Origin: Guillardia theta CCMP2712
Taxonomy: Eukaryota; Protista; Cryptophyta
Assembly: GCF_000315625.1 (NCBI RefSeq)
Contig: NW_005434646.1
Location: 335,626-399,625 of the forward strand
Length of the DNA: 64,000 nucleotides
Reading direction: 5' to 3'
The translations under genes were made by a program, and so were the position numbers. The notes beneath the pieces are model-generated. The model was not told the origin of the DNA. It worked only from the letters and a program-made list of their open reading frames with translations, and ran no database searches. Positions 37,864 through 49,569 of the stretch are shown here, in pieces. Each line of letters opens with the position of its first letter. The stretch's first letter is position 1.

Positions 37864-39628
37864 ATGCAATGTGTGCCGGGGCCGTCGCACCGACACGCCA
37901 GCATGTGGCGCAGGTGAGGAGGAGGAGAGACGCGAGGGCAATCGACGAGCGATCATGCTCCCTTTGAAAGGATCTTGATGCTGTTCTTGTGCAGATAGCT
38001 ACTCGAATATGCTTCGTTGCTGTTATGGTCGATTACATAGGCGTAGGTATGATGAGAACTTTACTTCCCTTCTACGCCAAGAAGCTGCAGGGAGGAGCCT
38101 TCTTGGTAGGCAGCCTCGAGGCAGCCTATGGAGTAGGACAAGTGATTGGAGCTGCGTTTCTCCCTCGAATGAGTGACACGCGAGGGAGAAAGGTCGTCTT
38201 AATCATATCCTTCCTGGGCTCTGCTGTGGGGTACTCGTTAGCGGGCATTGCGAGCTCGTCTTGGCTGCTTCTTGTCTCAAGAATTCCCGTCGGCCTCTCC
38301 AAGCAGACAGTCGCAGTCTCACGAGCGATGTTCGCCGACTGTGTTCCCCGAGAGTCACTTTCTCCTAGCTTGGCGCGTCTCACCTCCCTGATGGGCATGG
38401 GCTACACCATCGGACCCTTCGTAACGCTTGCATGTCTGTCACTTTTGTTCTCTCATCTCCGCTTGTCAGCTTGGGGGATACTTGAGCGACTTGTACGGTG
38501 ACTCGGTTCCTGCTTTCGTCGCAGTGTCTCTCTTCGCTGTGCTTATTCCTTTGTCTGTGCTCTACCTTCCGGAAACGAACCCGTTCGTGGCATCGGGAAG
38601 CAAAGTTGAAGACAGCTCTGAAGAGAGACAAGCGGACATGCTTGATCATAAGCCTTACACGAGCTCCGATGAAACAAAGCGTCAAGCTCGTCGAAGGCTA
38701 CTTGTGATTTCGATCTCCGCTGCTCTTGCTTTCTGAACAAACTGTAGCTGCTGACAAGCATCTTGATGCTGCCCGAGCTGTCTGTGATTGCATATAGCGG
38801 AGCAGGTGAAACCTGAAGAAGATGAAGTCATCTAGTCATGGAAGAGCGTAGGTCTGAGCACTTTAGTGCCTTCTCTGGGGAAGGGAAGAACCTTCCTTGG
38901 AGTCTTGAACTCGACCACAGCTGCTATAGCAGCATTGCATTCGGGTTGATCCCCTCAATACTCATGCGACTGCGTTGACATTGCGAGCAGCGTTCATGAT
39001 TCCATATCTTTCTGCAACATTAAGAATCAAAGATAGGTGAGGTTTGCACGTTGGTTGAAGATGTAGCCAATGACGTTTCGGGAGGCATCTGATCATGACT
39101 GGTTGCTTCTGCTTTGCCTTGGGTTGTTTCCTGCTTGCTTGTTTCACAAACGTGACAGGTAGAGTCTGTTTCCTTGGGTCTTTCTCACCATGTGGCAGGC
39201 ATTATAGTCACCTGCCCTGTGTTCGCTGTCTCCCTCTCTCTGCTGCGGAGGTTGGATCGAATGGCAGGAATTGACGTAACGCTATCCATGCAGTTGCCAG
39301 GCAGCGTTTCTTTCTAAGCAAGCTCCGCTAGAGATGCAAGGAGAAACTATGGGGATTCTCGACTCTGCAAGGTTGTGTATTGAAGATCGAAAGACCATGA
39401 CCTCGTGCCTTCAGCTCCTTGTGCCGGGTTGTGGCTCCCCTCCTGACCGGTCTCATTCATATCATCTTGAATCTCCATGCTGCTGAAACTTGGTCTGCAG
39501 GCTTTCTGGTAGAGGTGGTGGGAAAATCTTCGCCGTATTGGATGGCAGCGATTCTTTGCTCAGTTGGGCTAGTCCTGCTCTCGGTTTGTAATGATCATCA
39601 AGAGCAAGTGAAGAGAAAAGATGAATAG
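37864..39628 (+). CDS. MFS transporter (TetA/SLC22A18-like), many exons
   Basis: Motif A RMSDTRGRK, multiple TM helices, GYTIGP, CRVVAPLL. Confidence 0.85.
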
Positions 39629-39730
39629 AGGCAGTCTAGTCTGTGTATTTTACAAATATGATCCAATCAAAGAATACTTCAAAATCTGTCTTGATGTATA
39701 GGTCGAAATTTCATGTCTTGAACATGTCTC

Positions 39731-42700
39731 TTATGATGTGCTTTGTGTGTCCTTTGGCTCCTGTAAATCTTCTGTGTCTTCAAAATCAATGGACGATGAC
39801 AATTTTAGCACTCCTTGCTTCTCCATGCTCGTGACAACCTCTTGAGCATTTAGGGCTTGAACCTGATGCTGTGGAGATTCATCGCTATCTCTGCTCGCCG
39901 CGCCACCTTCTGAGGAGAGTGAAGACAATCGTGATAGGATGCTGCTGATTCTCGATCTTCCTCTTCCTATTGGCGATTCCAATGGAGAGCATGAGCGATT
40001 CAAGATTGATCGGAATGTTGGACTTGTTCCAGTCCTGCCGAACTCCGAATCCTCATCCTTATCGGCAAAATGATTTACAAAGGAGAAGAGGAGCGCTCGA
40101 CTTGATCTCTGAAAGCTGTCGTTGCGTCCTAATTCCGGGTTGTCGTCTTTGATCCAAGCCATCACTTGCCAGTCTTTCCACGACGATGCATCGGATGGAA
40201 GCTTCGACAAGATCACATTCATCTGTAGACAAGAGTAAGCTAGGTGCGGTCAACAAGATCACTCAAACCTCAAAGGGGTTGATGATCACTGTGTCTAGCA
40301 CGGGTTTTTGAGATATGCCAGCTGTTCCGATCCATCGGATGATCCCACGAGAATGCAGAAAGTCGTTGATGATATTCAAATTCATCTGACCCTGCAAGAA
40401 GGCATGATTGTCCATCTCCTCCCTGCAGACTGAAATGTAGTCCTTCCAAGGCAGATGAACTCTGCGCTCTTGAGCTAATTTACAAAGGCGATGCTCTATT
40501 TTCTCAAACAGAGGATGATTCCACTCGATGACCTCTTCCAACAGAGCTTTTACAGCATCCTTAAAACAATTTCAATCGAATAAACAAGACATGGTTGATA
40601 CCTGTATTTTGTTACAGAATTCATCCCAATGGGATGACATGCTTGAAAGATACACAACTTCTGCCTCAAGGAGCTTGAACGACTCCTTTCTCATCCTCCA
40701 AGCTGAAACGTATGATTTCACGATTTCATATCTTCTGAGCACTTCTTCTTCATCATCCTACATCATAGGTCACTTTGGACCACAGGAATAACAAAGCACT
40801 TGCCTCGGACTCAACCACCAGAGCAAACAGTATAACACACTGCGTCATGGACTCTGCCAAAGAGTCCAGGTTTGACCACATGCTTACTTTGGTTTCCAGA
40901 GATCCAGAGCAAGACAAGACATAGCAGTATACAGCATCTTGCACAAGCATGAATTGTCTGCAGGTAGCGAAACGTGCGGCCCCAGAAAGTTTCATGAGAG
41001 AGAATTTGTACATGTTGGAGAACTCAGGGGTCCACTGAACTTCTCGAGGGTAAGCAGTTTCTTCTTGGGGTGCCTTGGCAACAACCTGACCATTTGTTCC
41101 ATACTCACACACAGACGAGTGATTTTTAAGTTTGGAAATGAGCAAATCTTTAGCATCGTCATTCTCTCCTATCAAAATCAAAGAAAGCCTGAAACGATCG
41201 TTCTTCACCTTGCACTGCTTCAGATATTCAATGACGTCTTTGGTGTTGTCATCTGCTAGGTACTTTGGAGGATGTATCAAATTATGGCAACCTTTCAGAT
41301 TCAATTTTGCGAGATTCGGTCGGATCCAAAGATACTTGCCCTCCTTTGTTTTCTCCAACAATCCTTTGGTTGGAACTTTGCGAAAATTGTTTTCGCCAAG
41401 CTGAATTTCTCGCAAGTTTTTAAGCCGAAACAAGACCGAAGGAAATTCGTTCAATCCACAACCAGATAGATCAATGCTTGTGCATGGTGAATCTTCTACC
41501 TTCTTCAAATCAAGCTTGGAAATGATCTGAGCAGCGAATAGCGCTTCATAGTTCTCCATGTTCTGTGGTAGTATATTAACGTTCTTTTTTTCCAAATTTA
41601 TGCCATTCAGAATTCTGAGGCAAGTATTTGTTATCACCACTGAAGTTATCATTTGTCTGCCTCGTTTGTCTAAATCAATCTTTTGTACGTCCAAGGAGAT
41701 CAGATGGGTACGATAGCTTGAGGTCTTCAAAACTTCAACGAACCTTTGGAGTCCCTCATACTCGATTTGCGAAATATCGAGATGAGTTTCGAGCACTGGA
41801 TTTGACGAGATCGAGAGCTGAGACACCAACTCCAAGGCCCCGATAGCTTCACTGAAAGCATAAATCGATCTTGAACCAAGATTATTATCTGAAACGTCCA
41901 ATCTAGTCAATCTGCTGTGCTTCACCAGCATCCCCACCAAAGACCTCATGCCATGAAACCCCATGTGGTTCCCTTTTAGATTCAAGCTCAATAGAGTGGT
42001 GTGGATCGAGAAGGCTGTAGCAAACGACTTGATCCCATCCGAACCCAAATCATTGTTACTCAGATCCAACGTCGTCAAAGGTGTCCAGAAGAACCCAGCC
42101 ATCAAAGCTTTGATACCTTCACTCCCTATGCGATTGTATGCTCCACAACGCCCGCCAATGTCAAGTTCGACCAAAGTACTCCTCCTTTCTGTGAGGATGT
42201 TGACGAGAGCACGTGAACCACCCAAGAGGAAAGAGTTGCTCGCAATACCTAGATAGGTTAGGCTAGGAAGAGCTCCAACGTCACTGACAATCCATTGTAA
42301 CTTTTTCAAGAAGTCTGGTCCATCACTGCTTTGATAGGAATACTGGCGAATATTACCAGAAAGCTCCAATCCTTGCAATGATGTTATCTCCTTCAAACCC
42401 TGCCCTAGAGGAACCAATCCATTGGATGAGATCTTGTTTAGAGACAAGTCCAAATACTTGAGCATTGACAATGCAGGGGTAGATAAGGCTAATACTTCCA
42501 CACCAGCATCGCCAATTTGATTGTCTGCTAAAGACAAATGTGTCAACCCAGTGAGCTCCTTCAAAGATTGACTTAGTGCTATCATGCCGCTATATCTGAT
42601 ATCATTCTTGGCCAAGATCAGAGTTTGCAGAAATGTACAAGTCTTGATGGCTTGTGCAAAATACCTCCTTGTTCCTTCACTTGTTATCCAATTGTTAGAA

Positions 42701-44083
42701 ATATCTAAGGATTGAATCGAATTTTGCGAACTGAGACCGTAACAAAAATCGGACAAAAGACTGAGCTCAAGTCGATTTCCAGTTCTCACTACGAGAGTGT
42801 TAGGGGGAATTACAACATAAGGAGAAGTAGAATATTTCTTGAACAACCACCTTCGAGGGCTGGCAGCGGGGTCGGAACCTGATGTATTTCTGAAGAGCAG
42901 CGGTTCCTCTGATTTCTTTCTAGAGGTTTCAACAGTTTCTACCTGACGTCGATGAATGCTCTGATTCGGTGATTTCTTGATCAGTGGAACTTCCGCAACG
43001 TCACACAACCGTTTGATTTCTCGTTGTAATGTTTTGATGATTGCTGGAGGCTTTACTACATCTCTGAGAGGAGAATCTTGGAATTCTTCAATCAACGATT
43101 CATCTGACATATTCCATACATCGCGAAGTTGAGATTCACAATCATCAGTCATCTGATGCGCTTTTATGGTCTCACGAAGTACTGTCAATTCAGAGGCTAG
43201 ATTGTCTTGTTTCAATGCTCGTTGTTGGATCAGCTGATTTAAAGTCATCTTCAAGAAATTCAAGGTTTCCTGATCAAAGTGATCCTTATTGACTGTCGAA
43301 GAACTCTTTAGTGTCTTCTGGATCCTTCGCTTAATTTCTTGGTATTGGTTTTCGATATCAACGAGTTCCAACTTTCTGGCTGTAAACGAGCTTGCGATTG
43401 CTTCCAAGTTCTCTGGGGAGGTCAATTCATGTCTGATTCTCCGTATCAAGGAGGGTGATTTGTATTTAAATGGGCTGCTGCGACTGTCAGTGTAGGTATC
43501 AAGAGAACTCCTTGAATTCTGTGAAACGTTGTCAAACCATGAATGCAAAGGATCCTGTTGCATCACCTGTCCGCCTAATAAATCGGGAAGCTCAAAACCT
43601 GCAAACAACATATCAGATCGAGCAAATTGTTATCGCGAATTACTTGAAGAAAATGAATTTTCTCCCAAGCTCTTCATATCGTCCTCCTCCTTCAGCCATT
43701 TTTTCTTGGAGGATTCTGCTGGGCTCTCGTAAACAGCAACTTGTTCCACCCTTCTTGTCGAAACAGGAGGAAACCGTGCCAGAGGATTTCGCCAAGGTTG
43801 TTTATCAGGGTGCGGACTCTTAACACCTCCTTGCCTCCACGTCAATCTGATGGAAGATAATCGAGAATGCAGGTTATCTTGCCTCTGCATTCTACTTTTG
43901 GAGGAGTTGTATCTTTGCAAAACTGATCAAGTTCCAAGGGTTTCATGTCGATCAGAATCATGATGAGAATGGACACCAGCGTCCAGGAAGGGCATCGTAG
44001 CAGGAGACTTTCACAAGAATCAGGATGAAGCTTCGGTCTACCTTGTTTCAGAGCTCTCCTCGTCTGCCCATAGGCACGACCAT
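39731..44083 (-). CDS. LRR + degenerate Roc-COR (Roco-like) protein
   Basis: RNI-like and typical LRRs, LIHPP..., LILIGENDDAKD (P-loop position), CRQFML..AVY, and COR-like FLHSRGII...TVIINP. Start approximate. Confidence 0.7.
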
Positions 44084-46742
44084 GCGGGACTAATCAACTA
44101 CCCCTCTTTCCCTATTGCTTTGAACCCGTGCTGTGCCTCAATTTATCAACTAACCTACTAAACCCCCGACGTCAGTTGAACCCTCCTCTCGACCCGAGGC
44201 GGCTCGCGGCCCGCCGCCGGGGGGGGGGTGACTGACTGTCGGCTGATGGGACTCGTGATCAGCCATGCAGTTCCCTGCCCCAATTGGGCTACTCTAGTCC
44301 AACTCGATTCCTACCGGAAGGTTTCTTCTCAGGAAGCTGCTGTGTCTCTCACTCACTGAGTCAGGTCTCCTCATGTCGCCGCCCTTATTCCATTCATTCC
44401 TCACCTGCCTCGGCCGCTGATCCTCTCCTAATAAGTTTGAGAGCTGCATGTCGACTCGGTCTTCGCTTCTGTTTCCATAGGTCACCTTTCGTATCTACTG
44501 CAGGTCTAACTGCTTACTGCTTGCAGGGTGCTGAAGTGGGACTCTCCCTCCCCCGCTTGAACCTATTTGAGAGCCCCATCTCACTCTCTTGCCCTATCCA
44601 TCCCGACCCCTGTGATCCCCCATACACGCACGATTTCTTTGCTCTCCCTCCGGTTGCTTGTTGTTCCTCTGCTTCCTATCTGCTACGCTGCTTTACGTTT
44701 CTCTCATCTTCTGCCCGTTCTTTGCTGGATTCAGACTCTGTTCTGAGCTCTTCCTCTCCTCACTCTGCACTTGTAAGACTCTGCCATGCATCCTAATGCT
44801 GCTATTTACTCACATCTTATCCGCTAAAATACTGCATGTTTACATTACTGCACTTTCTGATACTTACGTGGCATTGTTGAACCAATGAACGTCAAGGGTC
44901 GAGCCAGAAGTCAAGCATGCATGTAGTCCGTGATGTCTTACTTGCTTTCATCTTGGAATTATTATTATTGAGAGTTCTATTTGCTAGTCGAATCTATCAT
45001 TGAGTCCTTTTACAACGTTTGCTTGGTGTAGAAATTGGTTGAAGAAGGTTGATTGGCTTCCCAAGTTTTTTCCTTTTTGATTTCCCATACACGTCGAATT
45101 CAATTCAGCATGATGAGAATTACCGATGAGAAGCGGTCACATTTAGATTGAAAAACCATTAAAACCATCATCTTGACGTCATTAACCGGAGAGTAACTGA
45201 TTGGTTTCCAACCAGATCGCTCTTAGGAAATTATATTACGTCAAACTTCTCAACCTTGTGGCCGTTCCAAAGAAATTCATGCAACTTGACAAAGAAATTG
45301 TCTACCACTTATGTGTTCTACCGATCCAAATGCATACATTCAGAATAACCCTTTGACGCAGCCTGAAAAACATCTTTGGTGCAATTTTCATTTTTCAGTT
45401 TCGTCCGAAGCTGGTGCATCCTGTAAATCTGAACAAGCATGAAGGGTTTGATTGGCTCTCAGTTCTCAAGAGACTCTTGTTTCAAGTGTCAGGAGCGCTC
45501 TTGCATGCTTTAACGAAACGGCATCCCCTTCTGATTGCAGCGACACGGTGCGACGACATTTTGCGTGCAGCCCTTCACAGAGGCCACCACGGTCCAACCC
45601 ACCCCAAAAATACCCAGAACTAGAGCCCAAGGTGAACATCCAGATATCAAGGGCACACAAAAGCGAGACCTCAAAACCTACCCTACCCCTTGTGTGCACA
45701 CACCATGTGGTGCGTGTGCACCTGGGTCCCAGGTTAACGTGTACATGTGTACACAGATCTTTATTTCTAGTAATCTTGGGTGTACATGAAATTAATTCTG
45801 TGGGCAATTGCTCAGTACGCTGAGGCAAGCTTGCAGTGGTGAAGATATTCCCGCCTGCCATGCCGCGGACATCAATGCGAGCAGCTATTCACCCGTCACA
45901 ACTCACAAGATTGCAACGAACAATGTGATAAGAAGAGATCATTGTGAGTGCTTTCAAAGGAGCAAACGTCCAAGAACACACCCAGCTAAGAAATCTTGTA
46001 TGAAGGGAGTTGAAGTGGACAGCACGAATGGACAGAAGCATAAAGACGGCAAAGTGGTCAAAGCTCAAACAACAATGATGCACAGCAACTACATAATCAA
46101 GATCAAGGAGATGGACAAGAGGGAAGCAGATGTCGACATCGGTATCAAAGTGAAGCGGCCAGATTCGCACGAGTGGCAAAGGAGATAAAGTCTTGCAACA
46201 ATTGATCGTCCATCTCTGCTGTCTCAATCTGTGCCGTAGTGGCATCAGATAAGATGGTTCTAGGCAGACTCTCCGGTGCATTTTGATTCTCCATTCATGA
46301 GGTGCTGTGTGGAGTTGTGAAGCCATCCAGTAACTGTCGTTTGGTTTATATTCGTAGTCTAACTACTCAGTACTGAATAAAGTTCTGTGTGAGCCTTGAG
46401 GACAGATGCCCTGGAGGCAAGCATAACAACGCGAAATAAGACTCAGTGTGCCGATGAGACGGGGCTTTGTGCAGCAACTACTCCCCCTCCCCCCCCCCAC
46501 CCCCACCGCCGCCGCCGCCGCCGCTGGGGTGCAATGCACCGAGTGAGAAGGAGCAGAGAGAACTTGATATAGGCCAAGTAAGCACTCAGTCTTCTCGTCG
46601 GTTCTAATTTGTTACTTGTCTATTACATGCTATGCACAATATGTCCTTAACTTTGAGTAGAGATGTCAAATGATCCTTCCCAAACTACACCGGGTGACCA
46701 TAGCTCATGTACATGAGACAGATTTATTGCCAGGTACCATGC

Positions 46743-47686
46743 CACTTAATTGTAATGAAACGTGAGGAGACAACTTTTTGCGAATAAATCATAATTTTTA
46801 TCTGTTTTGCGAATAAATCATTATTTTTATCTGTTTTTATAAATCAATTTATAATTTCAATGATTTTTATATTCAATCAAAAAATCTGTTCATTGCTCTT
46901 TGTTTTCCTTACCAAATCCCTATCATATTTTATTCAATTGAAATAATAGCTGCGCATTCGTGCCAATTATTACACANNNNNNNNNNNNNNNNNNNNNNNN
47001 NNNNNNNNNNNNNNNNNNNNNNNNNNNNNNNNNNNNNNNNNNNNNNNNNNNNNNNNNNNNNNNNNNNNNNNNNNNNCACCCACGGAGTGGGCCAGAGCCA
47101 AAACATAATATTAATTAAAATTATGAATCCTTCAAGGGTTATATAAGTAACAAAAGAGGCGAAGGGCAATAATTGAATTTCACCCTTCGCCAATATTCAC
47201 CCTTCGCACACACACACGGCTTAATTATTCTTATCTTTTATTTTTTTGGCTCTATAACTTGCATAATTTATTTAGGCGAAGGGGCGAAGGGTGAAATTCT
47301 ATTTTCATATTCTATTTTATATACCTCATAAAGTAACAAAATTATAATATTATCCCAAAAATTGAATTTCACCCTTCGCCCCTTCGCCTAACGTCTATAT
47401 ATCCTCTTTTTACCCTTCTTTTACCCTTGTATCCAGCTAAAACATGGCAAAGGGTCCCCTTCGCTTCTCCCTTCGCCACCCCTTCGCCTCCCTTCGCCAC
47501 CCTTCGCCACCCTTCGCCACCCTTTGCCAAACTATCCCCACTCTATTATAATGTTATATATTATATATTATCTATTATTTTTCTCCTTTTTATTAAAACC
47601 CCTTTATCATTACGCTTCCAGCAACCATTATTATACTAAATTATATTCTTTTTTTTATTATTATCTATCTTTCTTTATTATAAATG
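46743..47686 (+). repeat. Left terminal inverted repeat (includes a 100-N gap)
   Basis: Reverse complement of 48699-49569 except for the gap and one ~100-nt segment with adjacent 1-nt indels. Confidence 0.95.
46977..47076. other. Assembly gap (100 N)
   Basis: Run of N. Confidence 1.
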
Positions 47687-48277
47687 TCTTGTGACAATAG
47701 ATATCAAAATTTATATCAGTATGTCGGCACTACTAATAACACAACTCTCACGCCTATTTTTAATAAAATAAATTCAAATATCAATGTCTTGTATAGCAAT
47801 GTAGATATCCTTAATCATCAGACATCCGAACTATTTCAGAAGACTAATGATCTAGAAATTATCACCATTGAAACAAGTAATAACTTGATAGAAACTAATG
47901 ATTTACTACTTATTACTAGTAATAATTTAATTGAAACAAGCAATATATTATTTAACACATCAAATTTTGTTCTAGATCTGCAATCTCTTATCAAATATAA
48001 TGCTGATACCAATGAAACCATTATAACAAACAACAATAAAAATATATTATATGTCAAATATCAGACTAACCCTAATAAATATATCATTAAATTCACACTT
48101 GAAAACGGCTCGTTTATTACAATTCAACAGATTAAACAACAATTAGATGATTTAAACAACAATGCTGCCGCGCAAGAAACCAAACACAAAAACATAAAAA
48201 ATATATGGAGTCATTGCTTGAATAAAAAGCGCAATATGTTAATTTCTTATTTTTTTATTTATCAAATTCAAGCATAA
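47684..48277 (+). CDS. Element ORF1: Asn/Thr-rich TSN-repeat coiled-coil/fibre-like protein, probably 3'-truncated
   Basis: Intronless AT-rich ORF; ETSNNLIET-type heptad-like repeats; ATG sits at the TIR inner end. Confidence 0.7.
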   Translation: MSCDNRYQNLYQYVGTTNNTTLTPIFNKINSNINVLYSNVDILNHQTSELFQKTNDLEIITIETSNNLIETNDLLLITSNNLIETSNILFNTSNFVLDLQSLIKYNADTNETIITNNNKNILYVKYQTNPNKYIIKFTLENGSFITIQQIKQQLDDLNNNAAAQETKHKNIKNIWSHCLNKKRNMLISYFFIYQIQA

Positions 48278-48701
48278 ATTTTAAATTTGACAATACTTTC
48301 TTATGTTTGTCGCTATTCACATGTGCCTTAAATTCATCCTTTGATGGTGTTTTATCAAATTGATGATCACACACGGGGCATTTATTATTGCTTTTGATAT
48401 CTCCAACTTTTAATTTAATTGCTTTATCATATCTTTCTTTGTTTGTCATTTTCTTTTGTTTAGGTCCAACACTCGCTTTATCCTTGTATTGCTGATTTGC
48501 ATTGATAAGTTTCTTAGGTTTGACTGGTTTTTCATATTGTTTATTTGGCAACTTGCCGTCATAAGTTTTTAGATCTTGCATTATACCTTTGACTTTATCA
48601 TATTCCTTCGATCCTTTCTTGACAACACACCAAGTGCCAGAATGACCTTTATTGAACTCTTTCAGCGCTTGAATCCATGTGTTGCCTTTTCTAGTACTCA
48701 T
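48255..48701 (-). CDS. Element ORF2: Lys-rich small protein with DVNP-like N-terminal motif and C-terminal C2H2 zinc finger
   Basis: WIQALKEFNKGHSGTWCVVKKGSKEYDKVKGIM and CPVC-x15-HVNSDKH. ATG sits at the TIR inner end. Confidence 0.8.
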   Translation of the reverse strand: MSTRKGNTWIQALKEFNKGHSGTWCVVKKGSKEYDKVKGIMQDLKTYDGKLPNKQYEKPVKPKKLINANQQYKDKASVGPKQKKMTNKERYDKAIKLKVGDIKSNNKCPVCDHQFDKTPSKDEFKAHVNSDKHKKVLSNLKFMLEFDK

Positions 48702-49569
48702 TTATAATAAAGAAAGATAGATAATAATAAAAAAAAGAATATAATTTAGTATAATAATGGTTGCTGGAAGCGTAATGATAAAGGGGTTTTAATAAAAAGG
48801 AGAAAAATAATAGATAATATATAATATATAACATTATAATAGAGTGGGGATAGTTTGGCAAAGGGTGGCGAAGGGTGGCGAAGGGTGGCGAAGGGAGGCG
48901 AAGGGGTGGCGAAGGGAGAAGCGAAGGGGACCCTTTGCCATGTTTTAGCTGGATACAAGGGTAAAAGAAGGGTAAAAAGAGGATATATAGACGTTAGGCG
49001 AAGGGGCGAAGGGTGAAATTCAATTTTTTGGGGATAACTGATGCTGCCGCAACTTGTTGCAGTTCACAGTGACAGTCCGATTGTTGACTCGGAGGCCTGC
49101 GGAGCCCCCCGCCCGGCGGCGCGGCGCATGACGGCATGAGCCAAAAAAATAAAAGATAAGAATAATTAAGCCGTGTGTGTGTGCGAAGGGTGAATATTGG
49201 CGAAGGGTGAAATTCAATTATTGCCCTTCGCCTCTTTTGTTACTTATATAACCCTTGAAGGATTCATAATTTTAATTAATATTATGTTTTGGCTCTGGCC
49301 CACTCCGTGGGTGCGCTCGTTTGTTTTTGTTATTTTGTGTAATAATTGGCACGAATGCGCAGCTATTATTTCAATTGAATAAAATATGATAGGGATTTGG
49401 TAAGGAAAACAAAGAGCAATGAACAGATTTTTTGATTGAATATAAAAATCATTGAAATTATAAATTGATTTATAAAAACAGATAAAAATAATGATTTATT
49501 CGCAAAACAGATAAAAATTATGATTTATTCGCAAAAAGTTGTCTCCTCACGTTTCATTACAATTAAGTG
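48699..49569 (-). repeat. Right terminal inverted repeat (871 bp)
   Basis: Mirror of the left TIR; identical mirrored spurious ORFs appear in the track (MYPAKTW..., MAKGEIQ...). Confidence 0.95.

Larger units (their letters stand above)
46743..49569. mobile_element. AT-rich TIR-bounded element with 5-bp TSD (CATGC); non-autonomous virophage/PLV/transpoviron-like derivative
   Basis: Termini CACTTAATTGTAATG...CATTACAATTAAGTG; CATGC at 46738-46742 and 49570-49574. Sharp drop in GC relative to flanks; two intronless convergent ORFs. Confidence 0.9.

Noticed and set aside
44284-46330. ORF fragments left of the element as a transposase or integrase
   Set aside because: Short, stop-interrupted, no DDE or tyrosine-recombinase motif seen, and outside the TSD.
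47427-47639. Small ORFs duplicated in both TIRs (MYPAKTW..., MAKGEIQ...)
   Set aside because: They start at non-ATG codons and simply translate the CCCTTCGCC repeats and AT tracts.
46743-49569. CACTA/EnSpm transposon assignment from CACT termini
   Set aside because: The TSD is 5 bp rather than 2-3 bp, there is no transposase, and cargo and composition are virus-like. Transib-type mobilisation is not excluded.
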